A stretch of 64,000 nucleotides of DNA, taken from assembly GCA_964016885.1 (NCBI GenBank), contig OZ024745.1, forward strand, positions 18,724,001-18,788,000. The letters are read 5' to 3'. This document shows positions 1 through 12,741 of the stretch, piece after piece (position 1 is the first letter of the stretch; each line of letters opens with the position of its first letter). The translations under genes were made by a program, and so were the position numbers. This DNA comes from Eledone cirrhosa (taxonomy: Eukaryota). The notes beneath the pieces are model-generated. The model saw only the letters and a list, made by a program, of their open reading frames with translations, made no database searches and had not been told where the DNA came from.

Positions 1-3000
1 TTGTTGGTGATGGTAGTGTTGTGTTGATGTTGTTGTTGGTGATGGTAGTGTTGTGTTGATGTTGTTGTTGATGGTAGTGTTGTGTTGATGTTGTTGTTGG
101 TGATAGTAGTCTTGTGTTGATGTTGTTGTTGGTGATGGGAGTGTTGTGTTGATGTTGTTATTGGTGATGGTAGTGTTGTGTTGATGTTGTTGTTGGTGAT
201 GGTAGTGTTGTGTTGATGTTGTTGCTGATGGTAGTGTTGTGTTGATGTTGTTTTTGATGGTAGTGTTGTTTTGATGTTGTTGGTGATGGTAGTGTTGTGT
301 TGATGTTCTTGGTGATGGTAGTGGTGTGTTGATGTTGTTGTTGGTGATGGTAGTGTTGTGTTGATGTTGTTGGTGATGGTAGTGTTGTGTTGATGTTGTT
401 GGTGATGGTAGTGCTGTGTTGATGTTGTTATTGGTGATGGTAGTGTTTGTGTTGATGTTGTTGTTGGTGGTAGTGTTGTGTTGATGTTGTTGTTGGTGAT
501 GGTAGTGTTGTGTTGATATTGTTGTTGGTGATGATAGTGTTGTGTTGATGTTGTTGGTGATGATAGTGTTGTGTTGATGTGGTTGTTGGTGATGGTAGTG
601 TTGTGTTGATGTTGTTGTTGGTGATGGTAGTGTTGTGTTGGTGTTGTTTGTGATGGTAGTGTTGTGTTGATGTTGTTGTTGGTGATGGTAGTGTTGTGTT
701 GATGTTGTTGGTGATGGTAGTGATGTGTTGATGTTGTTGGTGATGGTAGTGTTGTGTTGATGTTGTTTTTGGTGATGGTAGTGTTGTGTTGATGTTGTTG
801 TTGGTGATGGTAGTGTTGTGTTGATGTTGTTGGTGATGGTAGTGCTGTGTTGATGTTGTTGTTGGTGATGTTAGTGTTGTGTTGATGTTGTTGTTGGTGA
901 TGGTAGTGTTATGTTTATGTTGTTGGTGATGGTAGTGTTGTGTTGATGTTGTTGTTGGTGATGGTAGTGTTGTATTGATGTTGCTGATGGTAGTGGAGTG
1001 TTGATGTTGTTGTTGGTGATGGTAGTGGAGTGTTGATGTTGTTGTTGGTGATGGTAGTGTTGTGTTGATGTTGTTATTGGTGATGGTACTGTTGTGTTGA
1101 TGTTGTTGTTGATGGTAGTGTTGTGTTGATGTTGTTATTGGTGATGGTAGTGTTGTGTTGATGTTGTTGTTGGTGGTAGTGTTGTGTTGATGTTGTTGTT
1201 GGTGATGGTAGTGTTGTGTTGATGTTGTTGTTGGTGATGGTAGTGTTGTGTTGATGTTGTTGGTGATGGTAGTGTTGTGTTGTTGTTGTTGGTGGTAGTG
1301 TTGTGTTGATGTTGTTGTTGGTGATGGTAGTGTTGTGTTGATGTTGTTATTGGTGATGGTAGTGTTGTGTTGATGTTGTTGGTGGTGGTAGTGTTGTGTT
1401 GATGTTGGTGATGGTAGTGTTGTGTTGATGTTGTTGTTGGTGATGGTAGTGTTGTGTTGATGTTGTTGTTGGTGATGGTAGTGTTGTTTTGATGTTGTTG
1501 GTGAAGGTAGTGTTGTGTTGATGTTGTTGGTGATGGTAGTGTTGTGTTGATGTTGTTGTTGGTGATGGTAGTGTTGTGTTGATGTTGTTGGTGACGGTAG
1601 TGTTGTGTTGATGTTGTTGGTGATGGTAGTGTTGTGTTGATGTTGTTGTTGGTGATGGTAGTGTTGTGTTGATGTTGTTGGTGATGGTAGTGTTGTGTTG
1701 ATGTTGTTGTTGGTGATGGTAGTGTTGTGTTGATGTTGTTGGTGACGGTAGTGGTGTGTTGATGTTGTTGGTGATGGTAGTGTTGTGTTGATGTTGTTGT
1801 TGGTGATGGTAGTGTTGTGTTGATGTTGTTGTTGGTGATGGTAGTGTTGTGTTGATGTTGTTGTTGGTGATGGTAGTGTTGTGTTGATGTTGTTGTTGTT
1901 GATGGTAGTGTTGTGTTGATGTTGTTGTTGGTGATGGTAGTGTTGTGTTGATGTTGTTGTTGGTGAAGGTAGTCTTGTGTTGATGTTGTTGTTGTTGATT
2001 GTAGTGTTGTGTTGATGTTGTTGTTGGTGATGGTAGTGTTGTGTTGATGTTGGTGATGGTAGTCTTGTGTTGATGTTGTTGTTGGTGATGGTAGTGTTGT
2101 GTTGATGTTGTTGGTGATGGTAGTGTTGTGTTGATGTTGTTGTTGGTGATGGTAGTGTTGTGTTGATGTTGTTGTTGATGGTAGTGTTGTGTTGATGTTG
2201 TTGTTGGTGATGGTAGTGTTGTGTTGATGTTGTTGGTGATGGTAGTGTTGTGTTGATGTTGTTGGTGATGGTAGTGTTGTGTTGATGTTGTTATTGGTGA
2301 TGGTAGTGTTGTGTTGATGTTGTTGTTGGTGCTAGTGTTGTGTTGATGTTGTTGTTGGTGATGGTAGTGTTGTGTTGATGTTGTTGTTGGTGATGGTAGT
2401 GTTGTGTTGATGTTGTTGTTGGTGATGGTAGTGTTGTGTTGATGTTGTTGGTGATGGTAGTGTTGTGTCGATGTTGTTGTTGATGGTAGTGTTGTCTTGA
2501 TGTTGCTGGTGATGGTAGTGTTGTGTTGATGTTGTTATTGGTGATGGTAGCGTTGTGTTGATGTTGTTGTTGGTGGTAGTGTTGTGTTGATGTTGTTGTT
2601 GGTGATGGTAGTGTTGTGTTGATGTTGTTGTTGGTGATGGTAGTGTTGTGTTGATGTTATTGTTGGTGATGGTAGTGTTGTGTTGATGTTGTTGTTGGTG
2701 GTAGTGTTGTGTTGATGTTGTTGTTCGTTATGGTAGTGTTGTGTTGATGTTGTTGTTGGTGATGGTAGTGTTGTGTTGGTGTTGTTGTTGATGGTAGTGT
2801 TGTGTTGATGTTGTTATTGGTGATGGTAGTGTTGTGTTGATGTTGTTGTTGGTGGTAGTGTTGTGTTGATGTTGTTGTTGGTTATGGTAGTGTTGTGTTG
2901 ATCTTGTTGTTGGTGATGGTAGTGTTGTGTTGATGTTGTTGGTGATTGTAGTGTTGTGTTGATGTTGTTGGTGATGGTAGTGTTGTGTTGATGTTGTTGT

Positions 3001-6000
3001 TGGTGATGGTAGTGTTGTGTTGATGTTGTTATTGGTGATGGTAGTGTTGTGTTGATGTTGTTGTTGGTGGTAGTGTTGTGTTGATGTTGTTGTTGGTGAT
3101 GGTAGTGTTGTGTTGATGTTGTTGTTGGTGGTAGTGTTGTGTTGATGATGTTGTTGGTGATGGTAGTGTTGTGTTGATGTTGTTGGTGATGGTAGTGTTG
3201 TGTTGATGTTGTTGTTGATGGTAGTGTTGTGTTGATGTTGTTGTTGGTTATGGTAGTGTTGTGTTGATGTTGTTGGTGATGGCAGTGTTGTGTTGATGTT
3301 GTTGGTGATGGTAGTGTTGTGTTGATGTTGTTGTTGGTGATGGTAGTGTTGTGTTGATGTTGTTGTTGGTGATGGTAGTGTTGTGTTGATGTTGGTGATG
3401 GTAGTGTTGTGTTGATGTTGTTGTTGGTGATGGTAGTGTTGTGTTGATGTTGTTGTTGGTGATGGTAGTGTTGTTTTGATGTTGTTGGTGACGGTAGTGT
3501 TGTGTTGATGTTGTTGGTGATGGTAGTGTTGTGTTGATGTTGTTGTTGGTGATGGTAGTGTTGTGTTGATGTTGTTGTTGCTGATGGTAGTGGTGTGTGG
3601 ATGTTGTTGTTGGTGATGGTAGTGTTGTGTTGATGTTGTTGTTGGTGATGGTAGTGTTGTGTTGATGTTGTTGTTGGTGATGGTAGTGTTGTGTTGATGT
3701 TGTTGGTGATGGTAGTGCTGTGTTGATGTTGTTGGTGATGGTAGTGTTGTGTTGATGTTGTTGTTGGTGATGGTAGTGTTGTGTTGATGTTGTTGTTGGT
3801 GATGGTAGTGTTGTGTTGATGTTGTTGTTGCAGATGGTAGTGGTGTGTTGATGTTGTTGTTGGTGATGGTAGTGGTGTGTTGATGTTGTTGTTGGTGATG
3901 GTAGTGGTGTGTTGATGTTGTTGGTGATGGTAGTGCTGTGTTGATGTTGTTATTGGTGATGGTAGTGTTGTGTTGATGTTGTTGTTGCTGATGGTAGTGG
4001 TGTGTTGATGTTGTTGTTGGTGATGTTAGTGTTGTGTTGATGTTGTTGTTGGTGATGGTAGTGTTGTGTTGATGTTGTTGGTGATGGTAGTGTTGTGTTG
4101 ATGTTCTTGGTGGTGATGGTAGTGTTGTGTTGATGTTGTTGGTGGTGGTAGTGTTGTGTTGATGTTGTTGGTGATGGTAGTGTTGCGTTGATGTTGTTGG
4201 TGGTGGTAGTGTTGTGTTGATGTTGTTGGTGATGGTAGTGTTGTGTTAATGTTGTTATTGGTGATGGTAGTGTTGTGTTGATGTTGTTTTTGATGGTAGT
4301 GTTGTGTTGATGTTGTTGGTGATGGTAGTGTTGTGTTGATGTTGTTGTTGGTGATGGTAGTGTTGTGCTGATGTTGTTGTTGATGGTAGTGTTGTGTTGA
4401 TGTTGTTGTTGGTGATGGTAGTGTTGTGTTGATGTTGTTGTTGATGGTAGTCTTGTGTTGTGTTGATGTTGTTTTTGGTGATGGTAATGTTGTGTTGATG
4501 TTGTTGGTGATGGTAGTGTTGTGTTGATGTTGTTGGTGATGGTAGTGTTGTGTTGATGTTGTTGGTGATGGTAGTGTTCTGTTGATGTTGTTGTTGTTGA
4601 TGGTAGTGTTGTGTTGATGTTGTTTTTGATGGTAGTGTTGTGTTGATGTTGTTGGTGATGGTAGTGTTGTGTTGATGTTGTTGTTGGTGATGGTAGTGTT
4701 GTGTTGATGTTGTTGTTGATGGTAGTGTTGTGTTGATGTTGTTGTTGGTGATGGTAGTGTTGTGTTGATGTTGTTGTTGAAGGTAGTGTTGTGTTGATGT
4801 TGTTGTTGGTGGTAGTGTTGTGTTGATGATGTTGTTGGTGATGGTAGTGTTGTGTTGATGTTGTTGGTGATGGTAGTGTTGTGTTGATGTTGTTGTTGAT
4901 GGTAGTGTTGTGTTGATGTTGTTGTTGGTTATGGTAGTGTTGTGTTGATGTTGTTGGTGATGGTAGTGTTGTGTTGATGTTGTTGGTGATGGTAGTGTTG
5001 TGTTGATGTTGTTGTTGGTGATGGTAGTGTTGTGTTGATGTTGTTGTTGGTGATGGTAGTGTTGTGTTGATGTTGTTGGTGATGGTAGTGTTGTGTCGAT
5101 GTTGTTGTTGATGGTAGTGTTGTCTTGATGTTGCTGGTGATGGTAGTGTTGTGTTGATGTTGTTATTGGTGATGGTAGCGTTGTGTTGATGTTGTTGTTG
5201 GTGGTAGTGTTGTGTTGATGTTGTTGTTGGTGATGGTAGTGTTGTGTTGATGTTGTTGTTGGTGATGGTAGTGTTGTGTTGATGTTATTGTTGGTGATGG
5301 TAGTGTTGTGTTGATGTTGTTGTTGGTGGTAGTGTTGTGTTGATGTTGTTGTTCGTTATGGTAGTGTTGTGTTGATGTTGTTGTTGGTGATGGTAGTGTT
5401 GTGTTGATGTTGTTGTTGATGGTAGTGTTGTGTTGATGTTGTTATTGGTGATGGTAGTGTTGTGTTGATGTTGTTGTTGGTGGTAGTGTTGTGTTGATGT
5501 TGTTGTTGGTTATGGTAGTGTTGTGTTGATCTTGTTGTTGGTGATGGTAGTGTTGTGTTGATGTTGTTGGTGATTGTAGTGTTGTGTTGATGTTGTTGGT
5601 GATGGTAGTGTTGTGTTGATGTTGTTGTTGGTGATGGTAGTGTTGTGTTGATGTTGTTATTGGTGATGGTAGTGTTGTGTTGATGTTGTTGTTGGTGGTA
5701 GTGTTGTGTTGATGTTGTTGTTGGTGATGGTAGTGTTGTGTTGATGTTGTTGTTGGTGGTAGTGTTGTGTTGATGATGTTGTTGGTGATGGTAGTGTTGT
5801 GTTGATGTTGTTGGTGATGGTAGTGTTGTGTTGATGTTGTTGTTGATGGTAGTGTTGTGTTGATGTTGTTGTTGGTTATGGTAGTGTTGTGTTGATGTTG
5901 TTGGTGATGGCAGTGTTGTGTTGATGTTGTTGGTGATGGTAGTGTTGTGTTGATGTTGTTGTTGGTGATGGTAGTGTTGTGTTGATGTTGTTGTTGATGA

Positions 6001-9000
6001 TGGTAGTGTTGTGTTGATGTTGGTGATGGTAGTGTTGTGTTGATGTTGTTGTTGGTGATGGTAGTGTTGTGTTGATGTTGTTGTTGGTGATGGTAGTGTT
6101 GTTTTGATGTTGTTGGTGACGGTAGTGTTGTGTTGATGTTGTTGGTGATGGTAGTGTTGTGTTGATGTTGTTGTTGGTGATGGTAGTGTTGTGTTGATGT
6201 TGTTGTTGCTGATGGTAGTGGTGTGTCGATGTTGTTGTTGGTGATGGTAGTGTTGTGTTGATGTTGTTGTTGGTGATGGTAGTGTTGTGTTGATGTTGTT
6301 GTTGGTGATGGTAGTGTTGTGTTGATGTTGTTGGTGATGGTAGTGCTGTGTTGATGTTGTTGGTGATGGTAGTGTTGTGTTGATGTTGTTGTTGGTGATG
6401 GTAGTGTTGTGTTGATGTTGTTGTTGGTGATGGTAGTGTTGTGTTGATGTTGTTGTTGCAGATGGTAGTGGTGTGTTGATGTTGTTGTTGGTGATGGTAG
6501 TGGTGTGTTGATGTTGTTGTTGGTGATGGTAGTGGTGTGTTGATGTTGTTGGTGATGGTAGTGCTGTGTTGATGTTGTTATTGGTGATGGTAGTGTTGTG
6601 TTGATGTTGTTGTTGCTGATGGTAGTGGTGTGTTGATGTTGTTGTTGGTGATGTTAGTGTTGTGTTGATGTTGTTGTTGGTGATGGTAGTGTTGTGTTGA
6701 TGTTGTTGGTGATGGTAGTGTTGTGTTGATGTTCTTGGTGGTGATGGTAGTGTTGTGTTGATGTTGTTGGTGGTGGTAGTGTTGTGTTGATGTTGTTGGT
6801 GATGGTAGTGTTGTGTTGATGTTGTTGGTGGTGGTAGTGTTGTGTTGATGTTGTTGGTGATGGTAGTGTTGTGTTAATGTTGTTATTGGTGATGGTAGTG
6901 TTGTGTTGATGTTGTTTTTGATGGTAGTGTTGTGTTCATGTTGTTGGTGATGGTAGTGTTGTGTTGATGTTGTTGTTGGTGATGGTAGTGTTGTGCTGAT
7001 GTTGTTGTTGATGGTAGTGTTGTGTTGATGTTGTTGTTGGTGATGGTAGTGTTGTGTTGATGTTGTTGTTGATGGTAGTCTTGTGTTGTGTTGATGTTGT
7101 TGTTGGTGATGGTAATGTTGTGTTGATGTTGTTGGTGATGGTAGTGTTGTGTTGATGTTGTTGGTGATGGTAGTGTTGTGTTGATGTTGTTGGTGATGGT
7201 AGTGTTCTGTTGATGTTGTTGTTGTTGATGGTAGTGTTGTGTTGATGTTGTTTTTGATGGTAGTGTTGTGTTGATGTTGTTGGTGATGGTAGTGTTGTGT
7301 TGATGTTGTTGTTGGTGATGGTAGTGTTGTGTTGATGTTGTTGTTGATGGTAGTGTTGTGTTGATGTTGTTGTTGGTGGTAGTGTTGTGTTGATGATGTT
7401 GTTGGTGATGGTAGTGTTGTGTTGATGTTGTTGGTGATGGTAGTGTTGTGTTGATGTTGTTGTTGATGGTAGTGTTGTGTTGATGTTGTTGTTGGTTATG
7501 GTAGTGTTGTGTTGATGTTGTTGGTGATGGTAGTGTTGTGTTGATGTTGTTGGTGATGGTAGTGTTGTGTTGATGTTGTTGTTGGTGATGGTAGTGTTGT
7601 GTTGATGTTGTTGTTGGTGATGGTAGTGTTGTGTTGATGTTGGTGATGGTAGTGTTGTGTTGATGTTGTTGTTGGTGATGGTAGTGTTGTGTTGATGTTG
7701 TTGTTGGTGATGGTAGTGTTGTTTTGATGTTGTTGGTGACGGTAGTGTTGTGTTGATGTTGTTGGTGATGGTAGTGTTGTGTTGATGTTGTTGTTGGTGA
7801 TGGTAGTGTTGTGTTGATGTTGTTGGTGACGGTAGTGTTGTGTTGATGTTGTTGGTGATGGTAGTGTTGTGTTGATGTTGTTGTTGGTGATGGTAGTGTT
7901 GTGTTGATGTTGTTGTTGGTGATGGTAGTGTTGTGTTGATGTTGTTGTTGGTGATGGTAGTGTTGTGTTGATGTTGTTGGTGACGGTAGTGTTGTGTTGA
8001 TGTTGTTGGTGATGGTAGTGTTGTGTTGATGTTGTTGTTGGTGATGGTAGTGTTGTGTTGATGTTGTTGTTGGTGATGGTAGTGTTGTGTTGATGTTGTT
8101 GTTGGTGATGGTAGTGTTGTGTTGATGTTGTTGTTGTTGATGGTAGTGTTGTGTTGATGTTGTTGTTGGTGATGGTAGTGTTGTGTTGATGTTGTTGTTG
8201 GTGAAGGTAGTCTTGTGTTGATGTTGTTGTTGTTGATGGTAGTGTTGTGTTGATGTTGTTGTTGGTGATGGTAGTGTTGTGTTGATGTTGGTGATGGTAG
8301 TCTTGTGTTGATGTTGTTGTTGGTGATCTTAGTGTTGTGTTGATGATGTTGGTGATGGTAGTGTTGTGTTGATGTTGTTGTTGGTGATGGTAGTGTTGTG
8401 TTGATGTTGTTGTTGATGGTAGTGTTGTGTTGATGTTGTTGTTGGTGATGGTAGTGTTGTGTTGATGTTGTTGGTGATGGTAGTGTTGCGTTGATGTTGT
8501 TGGTGATGGTAGTGTTGTGTTGATGTTGTTGTTGGTGATGGTAGTGTTGTGTTGATGTTGTTATTGGTGATGGTAGTGTTGTGTTGATGTTGTTGTTGGT
8601 GGTAGTGTTGTGTTGATGTTGTTGTTGGTGATGGTAGTGTTGTGTTGATGTTGTTGGTGATGGTAGTGTTGTGTTGATGTTGTTGTTGGTGATGGTAGTG
8701 TTGTGTTGATGTTGTTGTTGATGGTAGTGTTGTGTTGATGTTGTTGTTGGTGATGGTAGTGTTGTGTTGATGTTGTTGTTGGTGATCGTAGTGTTGTGTT
8801 GATGTTGTTGGTGATGGTAGTGTTGTGACGATGTTGTTGTTGATGGTAGTGTTGTATTGATGTTGCTGGTGATGGAAGTGTTGTGTTGATGTTGTTATTG
8901 GTGATGGTAGTGTTGTGTTGATGTTGTTGTTGGTGGTAGTGTTGTGTTGATGTTGTTGTTGGTGATGGTAGTGTTGTGTTGATGTTGTTGTTGGTGATGG

Positions 9001-12000
9001 TAGTGTTGTGTTGATGTTATTGTTGGTGATGGTAGTGTTGATGTTGTTGTTGGTGGTAGTGTTGTGTTGATGTTGTTGTTCGTTATGGTAGTGTTGTGTT
9101 GATGTTGTTGTTGGTGATGGTAGTGTTGTGTTGATGTTGTTGTTGATGGTAGTGTTGTGTTGATGTTGTTATTGGTGATGGTAGTGTTGTGTTGATGTTG
9201 TTGTTGGTGGTAGTGTTGTGTTGATGTTGTTGTTGGTTATGGTAGTGTTGTGTTGATCTTGTTGTTGGTGATGGTAGTGTTGTGTTGATGTTGTTGGTGA
9301 TGGTAGTGTTGTGTTGATGTTGTTGTTGGTGATGGTAGTGTTGTGTTGATGTTGTTATTGGTGATGGTAGTGTTGTGTTGATGTTGTTGTTGGTGGTAGT
9401 GTTGTGTTGATGTTATTGTTGGTGATGGTAGTGTTGTGTTGATGTTGTTGTTGGTGGTAGTGTTGTGTTGATGATGTTGTTGGTGATGGTAGTGTTGTGT
9501 TGATGTTGTTGGTGATGGTAGTGTTGTGTTGATGTTGTTGTTGATGGTAGTGTTGTGTTGATGTTGTTGTTGGTTATGGTAGTGTTGTGTTGATGTTGTT
9601 GGTGATGGTAGTGTTGTGTTGATGTTGTTGGTGATGGTAGTGTTGTGTTGATGTTGTTGTTGGTGATGGTAGTGTTGTGTTGATGTTGTTGTTGGTGATG
9701 GTAGTGTTGTGTTGATGTTGGTGATGGTAGTGTTGTGTTGATGTTGTTGTTGGTGATGGTAGTGTTGTGTTGATGTTGTTGTTGGTGATGGTAGTGTTGT
9801 TTTGATGTTGTTGGTGACGGTAGTGTTGTGTTGATGTTGTTGGTGATGGTAGTGTTGTGTTGATGTTGTTGTTGGTGATGGTAGCGTTGTGTTGATGTTG
9901 TTGTTGATGATGGTAGTGGTGTGTTGATGTTGTTGTTGGTGATGGTAGTGTTGTGTTGATGTTGTTGTTGGTGATGGTAGTGTTGTGTTGATGTTGTTGT
10001 TGGTGATGGTAGTGTTGTGTTGATGTTGTTGGTGATGGTAGTGCTGTGTTGATGTTGTTGGTGATGGTAGTGTTGTGTTGATGTTGTTGTTGGTGATGGT
10101 AGTGTTGTGTTGATGTTGTTGTTGGTGATGGTAGTGTTGTGTTGATGTTGTTGTTGCAGATGGTAGTGGTGTGTTGATGTTGTTGTTGGTGATGGTAGTG
10201 GTGTGTTGATGTTGTTGTTGGTGATGGTAGTGGTGTGTTGATGTTGTTGTTGGTGATGGTAGTGTTGTGTTGATGTTGGTGATGGTAGTCTTGTGTTGAT
10301 GTTGTTGTTGGTTATGGTAGTGTTGTGTTGATGTTGTTGGTGATGGTAGTGTTGTGTTGATGTTGTTGTTGATGGTAGTGTTGTGTTGATGTTGTTGTTG
10401 GTTATGGTAGTGTTGTGTTGATGTTGTTGGTGATGGTAGTGTTGTGTTGATGTTGTTGGTGATGGTAGTGTTGTGTTGATGTTGTTGTTGGTGATGGTAG
10501 TGTTGTGTTGATGTTGTTGTTGGTGATGGTAGTGTTGTGTTGATGTTGGTGATGGTAGTGTTGTGTTGATGTTGTTGTTGGTGATGGTAGTGTTGTGTTG
10601 ATGTTGTTGTTGGTGATGGTAGTGTTGTTTTGATGTTGTTGGTGACGGTAGTGTTGTGTTGATGTTGTTGGTGATGGTAGTGTTGTGTTGATGTTGTTGT
10701 TGGTGATGGTAGTGTTGTGTTGATGTTGTTGGTGACGGTAGTGTTGTGTTGATGTTGTTGGTGATGGTAGTGTTGTGTTGATGTTGTTGTTGGTGATGGT
10801 AGTGTTGTGTTGATGTTGTTGTTGGTGATGGTAGTGTTGTGTTGATGTTGTTGTTGGTGATGGTAGTGTTGTGTTGATGTTGTTGGTGACGGTAGTGTTG
10901 TGTTGATGTTGTTGGTGATGGAAGTGTTGTGTTGATGTTGTTGTTGGTGATGGTAGTGTTGTGTTGATGTTGTTGTTGGTGATGGTAGTGTTGTGTTGAT
11001 GTTGTTGTTGGTGATGGGAGTGTTGTGTTGATGTTGTTGTTGTTGATGGTAGTGTTGTGTTGATGTTGTTGTTGGTGATTTTAGTGTTGTGTTGATGTTG
11101 TTGTTGGTGAAGGTAGTCTTGTGTTGATGTTGTTGTTGTTGATGGTTGTGTTGTGTTGATGTTGTTGTTGGTGAAGGTAGTCTTGTGTTGATGTTGTTGT
11201 TGTTGATGGTAGTGTTGTGTTGATGTTGTTGTTGGTGATGGTAGTGTTGTGTTGAGGTTGGTGATGGTAGTCTTGTGTTGATGTTGTTGTTGGTGATGGT
11301 AGTGTTGTGTTGATGTTGTTGGTGATGGTAGTGTTGTGTTGATGTTGTTGTTGGTGATGGTAGTGTTGTGTTGATGTTGTTGTTGATGGTAGTGTTGTGT
11401 TGATGTTGTTGGTGATGGTAGTGTTGTGTTGATGATGTTGTTGGTGATGGTAGTGTTGTGTTGATGTTGTTGGTGATGGTAGTGTTGTGTTGATGTTGTT
11501 GGTGATGGTAGTGTTGTGTTGATGTTGGTGATGGTAGTGTTGTGTTGATGTTGTTGTTGGTGATGGTAGTGTTGTGTTGATGTTGTTGGTGATGGTAGTG
11601 TTGTGTTGATGTCGTTGGTGATGGTAGTGTTGTGTTGATGTTTTTGTTGGTGATGGTAGTGTTGTGTTGATGTTGTTGGTGATGGTAGTGTTGTGTTGAT
11701 GTTGTTGTTGGTGATGGTAGTGTTGTGTTGATGTTGTTGTTGGTGACGGTAGTGTTGTGTTGATGTTGTTGGTGATGGTAGTGTTGTGTTGATGTTGTTG
11801 TTGGTGATGGTAGTGTTGTGTTGATGTTGTTGGTGATGGTAGTGTTGTGTTGATGTTGTTGTTGGTGTGGTGGTGGTAGTGTTGTGTTGATGTTGTTGTT
11901 GCTGATGGTAGTGTTGTGTTGATGTTGTTTTTGGTGATGGTAGTGTTGTGTTGATGTTGTTGTTGTTGGTGGTATTGGTGTATTGATGTTGTTGTTGGTG

Positions 12001-12060
12001 ATGGTAGTGTTGTGTTGATGTTGTTGGTGATGGTAGTGTTGTGTTAATGTTGTTGGTGTT
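1..12060. repeat. Satellite A: 26/29/32/35-bp unit GGTGATGGTAGTGTTGTGTTGAT(GTT)1-4
   Basis: Continuous tandem array. Unit length varies in steps of one GTT. Runs off the left edge of the window. Confidence 0.97.
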
Positions 12061-12660
12061 CTTGATGTTGTTCTTAGAGTTGTGTTTATGTTGTCGACGT
12101 TGTTGTTGATGCCGTGTCGATTATGTTGATGTTGTTGATTTTGTTGATTTTGTTGATGTTGTTGTCGATGATGTTATTGATATGTCGATGTTATTGGCGT
12201 TGTGATCAGTTGTTGTTGTTGACGTGTTGTTTTTGTTATTGTTGATGTTGTTGGCGTCTTTGATGATGTTGTTGGTGTTGTGTTGTTGTTGGTGGTGGTG
12301 GTGTTGTTGGTGTTGCTGTTGGTGTTGTTGTTGCTGTTGTTGTTGCTGTTGTTGTGTTGTGTTGTTGGTGGTGGTGTTGTGTTGTTGTTGTTGTTGTTGT
12401 TGTTGTGTTGTTGGTGGTGGTGTTGTGTTGTTGTTGTTGGTGTGGTATTGTTGGTGGTGGTGTTGTGTTGTTGTTGTTGGTGTTGTGTTGTTGTTGCTGT
12501 TGTTGGTGTTGTATTGTGCAGTACGACTACTACCACTACCAACACAACCATCCTCACCACCATCACCACCACCACCATCACCAACACAACCACTTCCACC
12601 ACCACCACCAACAGCAACACCACCACCACCACCATCCGAAACACCTCCATCTCCTTCGAC
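12061..12660. repeat. Degenerate low-complexity transition with a GT-rich to CA-rich polarity switch at ~12520
   Basis: GTT/GGT triplets up to ~12515, then ACC/AAC triplets to 12660. Confidence 0.85.
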
Positions 12661-12741
12661 ATAAATAATAAAATCAGATATAATTAAATTTTAGTTGATA
12701 TTTTACCGTTTAATTGTAATATAGTAAACATAATTTATTTT

